The notes: generated by a model from the letters alone, not told the origin. Positions 9,052 through 18,211 are shown, numbered from the stretch's first letter. The stretch: DNA of 38,903 nucleotides from Gemmatimonadota bacterium (GCA_040905425.1 JBBDRO010000067.1:5233-44135), one strand, 5' to 3'. Numbers and translations are program-made.

Positions 9052-9179
9052 AAGGTTGCACGGGTTTACAGACAACGATCTCTGCGGAGATTTTGTTGAA
9101 ATTGGTTCTCGATCGACACCACGTCGGGACGGGAACGGAACGCGGCGGCCTCCCCCGCTGAGCAGCCCAGGAGCGAACG

Positions 9180-9773
9180 ATGCGCGAACTGCGTATCCAC
9201 GGGCGCGGGGGACAGGGGGCGGTGATCGCATCCAAGGTCCTGGCCGTAGCCCTCTTCCGTGAGGGGCGAGAGGTCCAGTCGTTTCCGGCTTTCGGTGTGG
9301 AGCGCCGCGGCGCTCCGGTCACGGCTTTCCTGCGCACGTCGGACGTCCCCATCCGACTGCGCTGCGAGGTGCGCGAGCCACGCGACCTCATCGTGCTCGA
9401 CCCCACCCTCATCGGCGCCGTGGATGTCACGGCGGGCCTGGCTCCCGCGGGCGGCATCCTGATCAACAGCGAGCGCCGCCCCGAGGACTATCCCGATCTC
9501 ATGGCGCGCTTCCGCGTGGCCACCGTAGACGCCAGTGGCATTGCCGCACGCCACGGCATCGGCTCCCGCACGCAGCCGATCGTAAACACCGCCATTCTGG
9601 GCGCCTTCGCCGCCTTCTCGGGACTCGTCTCGCTGGAGGCGGTATGCACGGCCATACGTGAGGAGATGCCCATCCGGCCGGATGCCAACGTGGCGGCTGC
9701 CCGGGAGGCGGCCAGCGCAGTGCTGGAGATGAGCCCATTGGTGGACGACGGAGTGGAGGTGATCCGTGGCTGA
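9180..9773 (+). CDS. porC: 2-oxoacid:ferredoxin oxidoreductase gamma subunit
   Basis: IHGRGGQGAV, FPAFGVERRGAPV, VLDPTL and IVNTAILGA; AGGAG RBS. Confidence 0.92.
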   Translation: MRELRIHGRGGQGAVIASKVLAVALFREGREVQSFPAFGVERRGAPVTAFLRTSDVPIRLRCEVREPRDLIVLDPTLIGAVDVTAGLAPAGGILINSERRPEDYPDLMARFRVATVDASGIAARHGIGSRTQPIVNTAILGAFAAFSGLVSLEAVCTAIREEMPIRPDANVAAAREAASAVLEMSPLVDDGVEVIRG

Positions 9774-11502
9774 AGCCATACCTGCGGTGGCGGTCAGCAC
9801 CACCACCACGCGGGTCAATCTGACCGGATCCTGGAAGTACATACGGCCGGTGTGGCGCGACCGGGTCGCGCCCTGCAATGCGGCCTGTCCGGTGGGCGTG
9901 GACATCGAGGGCTACATGAACCTCCTGCGGGAGGGGCGTGACAGCGAGGCCATCGACCTCCTGCTGCGGGAGAATCCATTGCCCGCCATCACGGGTCGCG
10001 TGTGCGACCATCCCTGTGAGACGGCGTGTAATCGCTGCTCGCTGGACGAGGGAGTGGCGGTGCACGCCGTGGAGCGCGCGCTGGGCGACGCCGCACTCGC
10101 CCGCACACAGGGTGAGGCGCGTGCGCGCCGCAACGCGGACCGGATCGCCGTGATCGGTTCCGGACCCGCCGGCCTCTCGGCGGCGGTCTTCCTGACCCGT
10201 CTGGGCTATGCCGTCACGATCCTGGAGGCGGCGCCGGAGCCGGGCGGGCTGCTGCGCCTGGGCATTCCTCCCTATCGGCTACCCCGCGACGTGCTGGACC
10301 GGCAGATCGCGCAGATACGTGCCGAGGGCGTGAGCATTCTATGCAACGTGCGCATGGGCCGGGATCTGGCCTGGGATACGCTGGACTGGTTCGACGCCGT
10401 CTTCGTGGCCACCGGGGCGCATCGCTCACGTCCGCTGGACGTGCAGGGTGAGGAGCTCCCGGGCGTGCATGCGGGCCTCGAGTACCTGAGGCGTGCCAAC
10501 GATGGACACGCGCCCGACCTGGGCAAGCAGGTCGTGGTGGTGGGCGGCGGCAATACCGCCATGGACTGTGCCCGCTCGGCGCGCCGCCAGGGCGCCGACG
10601 TGCTGGTGCTCTATCGCCGCACGCGGGAGGAGATGCCCGCCATCGCGGATGAGATCACCGAAGCGGCGGCGGAGGGGGTGCGCTTCCTCTTCCTGGCCGC
10701 ACCAATCGAAGTGATGGAACAGCAGGGCCGCCTGTGCGGTGTGGCGGCACAACGCATGGTGCTCGGGAGTCCCGACGCCAGCGGGCGGCGGCGCCCCGTG
10801 CCCAGTGACGAGGCCCCCTTCTCGATCACGGCCGACGCGGTCATCACGGCCATTGGTGAGGAGGTGGACGGCGCGCATCTGCCCTTTGCGCTGGAGGGCG
10901 GGGCCGTACCGGTGGACGTACTCGGGCGCACCGCTGCGCCGCACTTCTTCGCGGGCGGGGACATGGCCGGGCACGAGCGCACGGTGGCCCACGCCATCGG
11001 CGCCGGCAAGCGCGCAGCCATTGGTATCGATCGCCACCTGCGCGCCCGCCGTGGCGAGTCGCCACCGCCCGATGACGTAGCCGCCCTGCGCTGGGGTGGC
11101 GCAGGCAATCTGAGCATGAGCCGCTGGCGACAGGACGATCCCGTGCCCCGTATCGATCCCGTCAATGAAGTGGTGGAGTGGGCGGACATCAACGCAGCCC
11201 ACTTCGCCCCCGCGCCCCGGCTGCTCGACTGGATCGTACCGCCCGGGCGCGGGCGTTCGGGGATGCGGGAGGTGAACCGTGGCCTCAGCCGTTCGGAGGC
11301 CACCTCGGAAGCCAAGCGCTGCCTGAACTGCGGCGTCTGCAATGACTGCCAGGTGTGCATGATCTTCTGCCCCGACGCGGCCATCACGCCGGATCCGTCC
11401 GGCCACGGCTTCGTGGTGGATCTGGACTACTGCAAGGGATGCGGGCTGTGCGCGGCGGAGTGTCCCCGCGGCGCAGTGACCATGACGCGGGAGGGGCTGT
11501 GA
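9766..11502 (+). CDS. GltD/NfnB/DsrL-like FAD/NAD(P)H oxidoreductase fused inside a PorD-type 2x[4Fe-4S] delta subunit
   Basis: N-terminal TGSWKYIRPV (PorD-like); PCNAACP and RVCDHPCETAC; GSGPAG; GGGNTAMD with YRRTREEMPA; FAGGD; C-terminal CLNCGVCNDCQVCMIFCP...DYCKGCGLCAAECP. Confidence 0.88.
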   Translation: MAEAIPAVAVSTTTTRVNLTGSWKYIRPVWRDRVAPCNAACPVGVDIEGYMNLLREGRDSEAIDLLLRENPLPAITGRVCDHPCETACNRCSLDEGVAVHAVERALGDAALARTQGEARARRNADRIAVIGSGPAGLSAAVFLTRLGYAVTILEAAPEPGGLLRLGIPPYRLPRDVLDRQIAQIRAEGVSILCNVRMGRDLAWDTLDWFDAVFVATGAHRSRPLDVQGEELPGVHAGLEYLRRANDGHAPDLGKQVVVVGGGNTAMDCARSARRQGADVLVLYRRTREEMPAIADEITEAAAEGVRFLFLAAPIEVMEQQGRLCGVAAQRMVLGSPDASGRRRPVPSDEAPFSITADAVITAIGEEVDGAHLPFALEGGAVPVDVLGRTAAPHFFAGGDMAGHERTVAHAIGAGKRAAIGIDRHLRARRGESPPPDDVAALRWGGAGNLSMSRWRQDDPVPRIDPVNEVVEWADINAAHFAPAPRLLDWIVPPGRGRSGMREVNRGLSRSEATSEAKRCLNCGVCNDCQVCMIFCPDAAITPDPSGHGFVVDLDYCKGCGLCAAECPRGAVTMTREGL

Positions 11503-12662
11503 AGAAGGTCATGGTAGGCAACCACGCCGTGTCCTGGGGCGTGAAGCTGGCCCGGGCGGAGGTGATCTCGGCCTATCCGATCACGCCCCAGACCCAGATC
11601 GTGGAAGAGCTCTCCGAGATGGTGGCCGGCGGTGACCTGCCGGCACGCTTCATCAAGGTGGAGTCGGAGCACTCGGCCATGGCGGCGTGCATCGGCGCAT
11701 CGGCTACCGGGGCCAGGACCTTTACCGCCACATCCTCCCAGGGGCTGGCCCTGATGCACGAGCTGCTGCACTGGGCAGCCGGCGGGCGGCTGCCGGTGGT
11801 CATGGCCGACGTGAACCGCGCGCTGGCGCCGGGCTGGAACATCTGGACCGACCAGAACGACTCACTGGCCCAGCGGGATACCGGCTGGATCCAGCTTTAC
11901 TGCGAGAACAACCAGGAGGTCCTGGACACCACCATCCTGGCTTTCCGTCTGGCGGAGGTGGTGGATCTGCCGGTGATGCTCGTGCTGGACGCGTTCTACC
12001 TGTCCCACACCTCGGAGCCGGTGGACGTGCCGGACGCAGCGCTCGTGGACGATTTCCTGCCGCCCCGTGAGGCGCGCCATCGCCTGGACACGGCCGACCC
12101 CCGCTCGTACGGTGCCCTGGTGAAGCCAGACGCCTACATGGAGATGCGGCTCCAGCAGCAGCAGGCCATGACCGCGGCCGGGGAGGCCCACGAGCGCTTC
12201 GTGCAGGACTGGAGTGCCCGCACGGGACGCGCCTGGCCGTCCCTCGAGGCCTACCGCGCCGATGACGCCGAGCTGGTTCTGGTGACGTCGGGCACCATCA
12301 CGTCCACGGCGCGCGAGGTCGTGGACAGCTGGCGCGCACGCGGGGAGCGGGTGGGGCTGGTCAAGGTGAAGATGTTCCGCCCGTTCCCCACGGCCGCCCT
12401 GCGGGCCATGCTGCGCGGGAAGCGGCGCGTGGCGGTGCTGGATCGCAACATCTCCCCGGGTCACGGGGGCATCTTCGCCGAGGAGATCCGCTCGGCGCTC
12501 TACGACGTGCCGCTGGACGATCGCCCGGCCCTCTGGGGCTTCATTCTGGGACTGGGCGGTAGGGACGTGACGCCGGAGACCATCGACGAGATCGTGGTGC
12601 GCACCCGGGAGGCCGAGGGCGCACCGGAGCGGGAGGATATCTGGGTGGGGGTGAAGGTATGA
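11499..12662 (+). CDS. porA: 2-oxoacid:ferredoxin oxidoreductase alpha subunit
   Basis: GNHAV, AYPITPQT, ESEHSAMA, ATSSQGL, FRPFP and GLGGRD. GTG start overlaps the previous stop (GTGA). Confidence 0.92.
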   Translation: MKKVMVGNHAVSWGVKLARAEVISAYPITPQTQIVEELSEMVAGGDLPARFIKVESEHSAMAACIGASATGARTFTATSSQGLALMHELLHWAAGGRLPVVMADVNRALAPGWNIWTDQNDSLAQRDTGWIQLYCENNQEVLDTTILAFRLAEVVDLPVMLVLDAFYLSHTSEPVDVPDAALVDDFLPPREARHRLDTADPRSYGALVKPDAYMEMRLQQQQAMTAAGEAHERFVQDWSARTGRAWPSLEAYRADDAELVLVTSGTITSTAREVVDSWRARGERVGLVKVKMFRPFPTAALRAMLRGKRRVAVLDRNISPGHGGIFAEEIRSALYDVPLDDRPALWGFILGLGGRDVTPETIDEIVVRTREAEGAPEREDIWVGVKV

Positions 12663-13555
12663 GCCAGATCATGATCCGGGACCGCATCCCGGCCAACGAA
12701 CTGCTCCATCCGGGACATCTGGCATGCCCCGGCTGTGGCGGCGCCATTGCCATGAAGATGGTCCTGAACACGCTCGGCCCGAAGACCATCATCGTCATGC
12801 CGGCCTGCTGCTGGACGGTCATTGCCGGGCCGTGGCCACAGAGTTCGCTGGGCGTGCCGGTCTACCACACGGCCTTCGAGACGGGAGGCGCCGTGGCGTC
12901 GGGCATCCGCGCCGCCCTGGATGTGCAGGGGGATACGGAGACGACCGTCATGGCGTGGGCGGGCGATGGCGGCACCTTCGACATCGGCTTGCAGGCCCTT
13001 TCCGGGGCCGCCGAGCGCAATGAGGACATCCTCTACGTCTGCTATGACAACGAAGCCTACATGAACACGGGGATCCAGCGCTCCTCCGCCACGCCGTGGG
13101 GCGCCTGGACCACCACCACGCCTACCATCCAGCCACAGGGCACCATCAAGAAGGACATCATGGCCATCATGGCGGCCCATCGCGTGCCCTACGCCGCCAC
13201 GGCCTGCGTATCCTACCCGGCGGATCTGGTGGAGAAGGTGAAGCGGGCCCACGCCACCCGCGGCACCCGCTTCCTGCACATCCTGTCCCCCTGCCCGCCG
13301 GGCTGGAAGTATGCCGACGAGCAGACGGTGGAGCTGGGCCGCGCGGCCGTGCGCAGTCGCATCTTCCCACTCCTCGAGGTGGAGAACGGAGCGCGCTGGC
13401 GCTTTACGGTGGACCATCCCGGTGGGGACGTGGGCGCCTATGTGCGCGCGCAGGGCCGCTTTCGCCATCTCGACGAGGGCGCCATCGCGCACATACAGGA
13501 GGACGTGGACGCGCGCTGGGAGGTGCTGAAGAAGCGGGTGGTGCACGGTACCTGA
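12659..13555 (+). CDS. porB: 2-oxoacid:ferredoxin oxidoreductase beta subunit (TPP-binding)
   Basis: ACPGCG, AGDGG, YDNEAYMNTGIQRS and SPCPPGW; ATGA overlap with alpha. Confidence 0.93.
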   Translation: MSQIMIRDRIPANELLHPGHLACPGCGGAIAMKMVLNTLGPKTIIVMPACCWTVIAGPWPQSSLGVPVYHTAFETGGAVASGIRAALDVQGDTETTVMAWAGDGGTFDIGLQALSGAAERNEDILYVCYDNEAYMNTGIQRSSATPWGAWTTTTPTIQPQGTIKKDIMAIMAAHRVPYAATACVSYPADLVEKVKRAHATRGTRFLHILSPCPPGWKYADEQTVELGRAAVRSRIFPLLEVENGARWRFTVDHPGGDVGAYVRAQGRFRHLDEGAIAHIQEDVDARWEVLKKRVVHGT

Positions 13556-13572
13556 GCCCGTGCACCACCCGC
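13534..13572. terminator. 15-bp perfect inverted repeat at a convergent gene junction (possible terminator or 3' protective hairpin)
   Basis: GCGGGTGGTGCACGG-tacctgagc-CCGTGCACCACCCGC spans the porB stop codon; no U-tract. Confidence 0.5.
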
Positions 13573-13576
13573 CGGT

Positions 13577-15544
13577 TCAGCGCTGCGGTGCCGGCTGCCC
13601 CGCCGTGAAGCTGCCGCGGAACACCCCGCCGCGTGTGGACTCCACCACGTAGGTGCCCCGCACGCCCGGCACCCCGTAGGTCACCACCCGGAAGACGGCC
13701 TCCTCGGTGGCGCCCGGCTGGATGTAGCCCAGCCGCGCGGTGCCGCCGGGGCCCGGCTCCACGATGCGCGCCTCGGGATCCTGACCGCCCGTGCGTACCC
13801 CCTCGAGCTCCAGCTCTACCTGGTCGGGGCGCACGATCTTCACCAGATCGGCCTGCTTGAGGGCGGTGGGTATGCGGCCCTCGTTACGCACCGCGATGCG
13901 GATCTCGTATGTGGTGCTGTCGGCGTTGGCGGCCACCCGCCGCACCTGCGGCTCACCCACCCTCAGATCGGGCAGGCTCTGCGCCATGTAGAGGTTGAAG
14001 CGCGCCTGGTTGCCCGCCCACTTGTCGAGCACCTCGGGCGGCCCGTTCTGGGAGAAGAACTTGGGGTGCCAACCGCCGATCTCCACCTCACCCAGTTCCG
14101 GGTGGTCGAACGCGGTCCACGGCTTGAAGGCGCGCCCGTTGGCTACGCTGTCCTGCCAGATGAGACGATCCAGCTCGTCCTCCTCGCCGTCCCCGTTCAC
14201 GTCACCGACCCGGCCGCCGTCCCACAGCTCGTCGCCGTACCAGATGGCGCCCACGTAGAAGTAGCCGAAGTCCGGCCCGTGGCCGAAGAGCGGGCTGCCG
14301 CCCTCCCGATCAGGATTGCCACGGCTCGAGTAGTCGTGATACACATCACCCGCCCAGGGGTAGCCGGTGATGCTGATGCCCACGCTGTCGAAGTGCTCGT
14401 AGAGGGCCAGGTCCTCCGGGTACATGCGCTCCTCACTCTGCGACGTGGAGGGGGGCCGGAGATGCATGGGCACGCGCGTGTCCATGGAGTTGGCCACGGC
14501 GATGTTCGGATTCTGCAGCACGAAGAGCACGGTGGCACGCGTCTCCGGCTCCGAGAGCGGGAACGCGCCAGCGCCGCCCTGTGTCCAGCCCCGACCGGTG
14601 CGGTCCTCGCCGCGATCCGGCCGCCAGTTCTCCACATAGTTGCGGTGCAGATCCAGGCCGCCCACGCCGTCCTCGTCGGAGCGGCCGTCACCGTCATCGT
14701 CGATGCGGCCCTCGCCGCCCATGGACCAGTTGCCCTCGCCGGGCTCCACACGACGCATCAGGCGGCCCTGCGGATCGCGCTCGTCGAGGACGAAGCTGCC
14801 CTCTGGATCGCGCCAGCGCATCTGCAACACCACGCCGTCCCCGTCCAGGTCATTGGCGGGGTCCTCGTCGGTGAGCCCGTCGCCGTCATTGTCGATGGGG
14901 CGCACACTGCTCCGGTTCGTCTGCGCCGTGTGCAGGTACATGTTGGAGCCATCCGGGTTGTTCTGCGGCCGGGCGTAGACGGCGGCCCGGTCCAGCAGCG
15001 CCGTCACCTCGGGATCGCTGCCGTAGTTCTCTACCAGATGCTGGATGAGCCACAGTACGGACTCGGAGGACGTGATCTCCCCGCTGTGGCGGCCGCCCTC
15101 GTAGAAGGCCGCTGGCTTGTCCGTGGCCGGGCCCGTGGACTTGTTGGTGAGGGTGACCTGCATGATGGGCCGACCCTCGAAGCTGGTCCCCACCTGGTAG
15201 AGCTCCACGATGTTCGGGTAGCGCTCCGCCCAGCGGCGCAGCCACGCGTACATCACGTCCACGGTGTGGTAGCGATCGAAGCGGAGCGTGGCGCCCGCCT
15301 CGTACTCTACCTCGGGGTGCCGCACGCGGGGGAAGAAGCTGGGGCCGTGACGGCCGTCGGGGTTGAGGGTGTAGAAGGTGGAATCCCGCTCGGCTTCGGG
15401 GGGCGTGGTCGCACGTTCGAAGCCGGGAGGAACGGTCTGCGCCGACGCATGGTCGGTCCACATGCCGGCCGGCAACAAGGTCAGGAGGGCGCAGGCCGCC
15501 ACCAGGGTGCGGCGAGCATGCATGGCCCGTGGTGCGTTGAACAT
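13577..15544 (-). CDS. Secreted M14 family zinc carboxypeptidase
   Basis: Signal peptide, GTSFEGR, GGRHSGE (HxxE), NNPDG, DLHRN and PLSEPET; several Dx[DN]xDG loops. Confidence 0.88.
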   Translation of the reverse strand: MFNAPRAMHARRTLVAACALLTLLPAGMWTDHASAQTVPPGFERATTPPEAERDSTFYTLNPDGRHGPSFFPRVRHPEVEYEAGATLRFDRYHTVDVMYAWLRRWAERYPNIVELYQVGTSFEGRPIMQVTLTNKSTGPATDKPAAFYEGGRHSGEITSSESVLWLIQHLVENYGSDPEVTALLDRAAVYARPQNNPDGSNMYLHTAQTNRSSVRPIDNDGDGLTDEDPANDLDGDGVVLQMRWRDPEGSFVLDERDPQGRLMRRVEPGEGNWSMGGEGRIDDDGDGRSDEDGVGGLDLHRNYVENWRPDRGEDRTGRGWTQGGAGAFPLSEPETRATVLFVLQNPNIAVANSMDTRVPMHLRPPSTSQSEERMYPEDLALYEHFDSVGISITGYPWAGDVYHDYSSRGNPDREGGSPLFGHGPDFGYFYVGAIWYGDELWDGGRVGDVNGDGEEDELDRLIWQDSVANGRAFKPWTAFDHPELGEVEIGGWHPKFFSQNGPPEVLDKWAGNQARFNLYMAQSLPDLRVGEPQVRRVAANADSTTYEIRIAVRNEGRIPTALKQADLVKIVRPDQVELELEGVRTGGQDPEARIVEPGPGGTARLGYIQPGATEEAVFRVVTYGVPGVRGTYVVESTRGGVFRGSFTAGQPAPQR

Positions 15545-15603
15545 ATGTCACCTTTCTTGCAAGACTCCTCCTCCGTATAATGGCCACGGAGGAGGTGGAA
15601 TCA

Positions 15604-15825
15604 ATGGACGGTGAAGTGATCTACGACGTACGGCCGTTCTCCAGCGGTTGGCTCCTGCGCCGGCGTGGAGGCGCCGGACGGGTAGCCTTCCCCACCCGCG
15701 ACCAGGCTATCCTGGCTGGTACCGCGATCTGCACGGACGAAGCACCGGCCCGCCTGGTGATCCGTGGCCCCGGTGCGGAGCGCGAAGAGCGGGTTTTCAG
15801 CGACCCGATGGCCGCCACCGGCTGA
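15604..15825 (+). CDS. DUF2188-like small protein
   Basis: GGAGGAGG RBS; YDVRP..GW....FPTRDQAI..G..PARLVIRG pattern. Confidence 0.7.
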   Translation: MDGEVIYDVRPFSSGWLLRRRGGAGRVAFPTRDQAILAGTAICTDEAPARLVIRGPGAEREERVFSDPMAATG

Positions 15826-15910
15826 CCGTACGTCCGGGTCGGCATGCCCGACCGCCGGCATGCGGTGCACCCACACGGCCAGGTCGGCGCGGCCTACCGC
15901 GCGCATGCGC

Positions 15911-16246
15911 TCAGGGGGCTTCCCGCTGCTTGCCCGCCTCGAGTTGCAGCTCGAACTCCACTGCCTCCCGGAGCTGCTTCACCTCCTGGCGCAGTTCCAT
16001 GACCCCGGCCCCTTCCTGCTCCAGCAGGGTGATGCGCCGCTCCAGAAGCTGCACGGTTTCATTGGTCGTGGTCGAGTCGCGCATCCTGGCCAGTGCCTCT
16101 GCCACCGGCTTGATGGCAAAGCGGAGCGTCAGACCCGCGATGGGGATCAGGACGACCAGCAGTCCCATGATCACGGCCACGACGGCGGTAACATCGATCG
16201 GCAAGATCGCTGGCGCCTGCAACGCCACCCAACCTGTCAGATGCAT
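15911..16246 (-). CDS. Hypothetical protein with one TM helix and a coiled coil
   Basis: Hydrophobic VVAVIMGLLVVLIPIAGL followed by heptad-like LERRITLLEQE...ELRQEVKQLRE. Confidence 0.75.
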   Translation of the reverse strand: MHLTGWVALQAPAILPIDVTAVVAVIMGLLVVLIPIAGLTLRFAIKPVAEALARMRDSTTTNETVQLLERRITLLEQEGAGVMELRQEVKQLREAVEFELQLEAGKQREAP

Positions 16247-16334
16247 CGGCGCTTCTCCCGTGGCTCGTGATGATCCGGAGCAGGGAAACTAGGCCGGCTC
16301 GAACGCCCCCGCCATCCACCCCGCGGCCACCGCG

Positions 16335-17768
16335 CTAGGCGACGACCGTTTCGCCCTCCACCGGCATGCCCGCCGTCTGCCACGCCTGAAAGCTGCCCCG
16401 GTAGGCAACGACGTCCTCTACGCCCGCGGCCCGCAGCAGGCTGGCGGCGATGGAGGAGCGGATGCCCGTCTGGCAGTGGACCACCAGCGGCCGCTCCGGC
16501 AGCTCGTCCATACGCCGCGGCAGCTCACCGAGCGGGATGAGGTCCGCGCCGGGGATGTGTCCGGCGCGCCACTCCTCACGACTCCGTACGTCCAGCACGT
16601 GCACGTTGCCCCGCTCGAGGCGGCCACGCAGTTCCTCCGTGTCCATGCCAGGCAACTCCGCCAGTTTCCGCTCGCCGCTGGCCCACTCGGTCAACGCCTC
16701 CGGTCCGCACCAGCCCCCGAACCGATCCAGGCCGATGAGCGCCAGATCCCGCACGACCTCCTCGAGCGCACCGCCGCCATCCGCAAGCACGAGGTGCAGG
16801 GGTCGGTCGTAGGGCAACACGGAGCCGGCGTAGGTGGGAAAGCTCCGGGTGAGCGGAATGTGGATGGTACCGGGCGCGTGGCCGGCGGCAAACTCCGCCA
16901 CCGGGCGCGTATCCACCACGAGGGCGTCATCCTCCAGCAGATCCTCCAGCCGCCGATCCGCCAGCCGCGGGACGCGCGGCAGCCCCCCCAGCACCGCGGG
17001 ACCGTCCCGGTTGACCCGCTTCATACGCGCGAAATAGCCCGGCGGCTCGGGCTGCCCCGCCAGGACCCGTTGTACGAAGGCGTCCTCGCTGGTCTCCTGG
17101 AAGGCCCAGTTGAAGAGCTTCTCGTAGCCCAGCGTGGTCTGCGGCACGGCTCCGAGCGCCTTGCCGCATGCCGAACCCGCACCGTGCGCGGGCCAGAGTT
17201 GCAGGAAGTCCGGCAGCTCGGCAAAGGTCCTGAGTGAGCGGAAGAGCTGCCGGGCGCCGTCTTCCATGGTGCCGTGCATGCCCGCGGCGCGCTCCAGCAG
17301 GTCGGGGCGGCCCACGTCACCCACGAAGACGAAGTCGCCCGTCAGCACACCCATGGGCCGATCGGCCGCCGCCGTGTCCGTGACCACCAGCACGATGTGC
17401 TCGGGGGTGTGGCCGGGGGTGTGGCGGACCTCAATGCGGATGTTGCCCACCATGAACGTGTCCCCGTCCCGTAGCAGCACGTCCCGGCCGGAGCGGGCAA
17501 AGCCGTAGCGCCAGTCCTCCCCGCCCTCATCGGACAGAAAGAGGGTGGCGCCGGTTCGCGCGGCCAGCTCCCGACTGCCGGAAACGAAGTCGGCATGGAT
17601 GTGCGTCTCAGCGATGTGCGTGATGCGGAGCTTCTCCCGCTCCGCGCTGGCCACGTAGGCCGCCACGTCACGATTGGGATCCACCACGAGCGCCTCACCC
17701 GTGGCAGCGCAGCCCACCATCCAGCTGGCATGGGCCAGCTTGTCGTGGTAGAAGCGTTCCAGCAGCAA
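16335..17768 (-). CDS. MBL-fold persulfide dioxygenase fused to two rhodanese domains (CstB-like)
   Basis: ETHIHADF, TPGHTPEH, TGDFVFVGDVGRPDL and HGAGSACGK; middle rhodanese lacks Cys; C-terminal rhodanese has CQTGIRS. TTG start with GGAGG RBS. Confidence 0.9.
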   Translation of the reverse strand: MLLERFYHDKLAHASWMVGCAATGEALVVDPNRDVAAYVASAEREKLRITHIAETHIHADFVSGSRELAARTGATLFLSDEGGEDWRYGFARSGRDVLLRDGDTFMVGNIRIEVRHTPGHTPEHIVLVVTDTAAADRPMGVLTGDFVFVGDVGRPDLLERAAGMHGTMEDGARQLFRSLRTFAELPDFLQLWPAHGAGSACGKALGAVPQTTLGYEKLFNWAFQETSEDAFVQRVLAGQPEPPGYFARMKRVNRDGPAVLGGLPRVPRLADRRLEDLLEDDALVVDTRPVAEFAAGHAPGTIHIPLTRSFPTYAGSVLPYDRPLHLVLADGGGALEEVVRDLALIGLDRFGGWCGPEALTEWASGERKLAELPGMDTEELRGRLERGNVHVLDVRSREEWRAGHIPGADLIPLGELPRRMDELPERPLVVHCQTGIRSSIAASLLRAAGVEDVVAYRGSFQAWQTAGMPVEGETVVA

Positions 17769-17786
17769 TTGATCCTCCGGTATCGG

Positions 17787-17812
17787 TGCTACTATATTAC
17801 CATGCAGGAAAT
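17787..17812. promoter_or_regulatory. Overlapping divergent extended -10 promoters and putative ArsR operator
   Basis: + strand TGcTACTAT (17787-17795); - strand TGgTAATAT (-10 at 17794-17799); imperfect palindrome ATTaCC-N5-GGaAAT (17796-17812). Confidence 0.5.
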
Positions 17813-17830
17813 CAGCGATGGAGGCAGAGC

Positions 17831-18160
17831 ATGGCGCGCAGCTACAACGATGACACCCTGGACCTGGTGGCCGTCCGCTTCAAGGTCCTGGGTGAGCCCA
17901 TGCGGCTCCGCATCCTGAACGCCCTGCGCGAGGGCGAGCGGACCGTATCGGAACTCGTACAGATCACCGGTGCGGGCCAGGCCAACATCTCCAAGCACCT
18001 GAACCTCCTGCACCGCAATGGCCTCGTCGAGCGCCGCAAGGAGGGCCTGAACGTCTTCTACCGCATTGCTGACGCCGGCGTCTTCCGCCTCTGTGACATC
18101 ATCTGTGACAGCCTGGAGGCGGACATGACGGACCGCATGCGCGCGCTCGGCATCGGCTGA
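17831..18160 (+). CDS. ArsR/SmtB family transcriptional repressor
   Basis: FKVLGEPMRLRIL, TVSEL, QANISKHL, GLVERRKEG and VFYRI; GGAGG RBS; C-terminal CDIIC. Confidence 0.92.
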   Translation: MARSYNDDTLDLVAVRFKVLGEPMRLRILNALREGERTVSELVQITGAGQANISKHLNLLHRNGLVERRKEGLNVFYRIADAGVFRLCDIICDSLEADMTDRMRALGIG

Positions 18161-18211
18161 GGATCCAGGCGACGTCCCCGATCCCGCGCGCCGCCCCCGT
18201 CTCTATTCTCG

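Noticed and set aside
9041..9060. CTGGCA...TTGCA as a sigma54 promoter
   Set aside because: GG and GC are 13 nt apart instead of the required 10.
9766..11502. Glutamate synthase small subunit or true DsrL
   Set aside because: No gltB or dsr genes are present; it sits in the delta slot of a por operon and has PorD-like termini.
15546..15561. Sigma54-like TGTCACCTTTCTTGCA, and a similar GAGCGCGTTTCTTGCA upstream of the ligase-like gene
   Set aside because: Both lack the invariant -24 GG.
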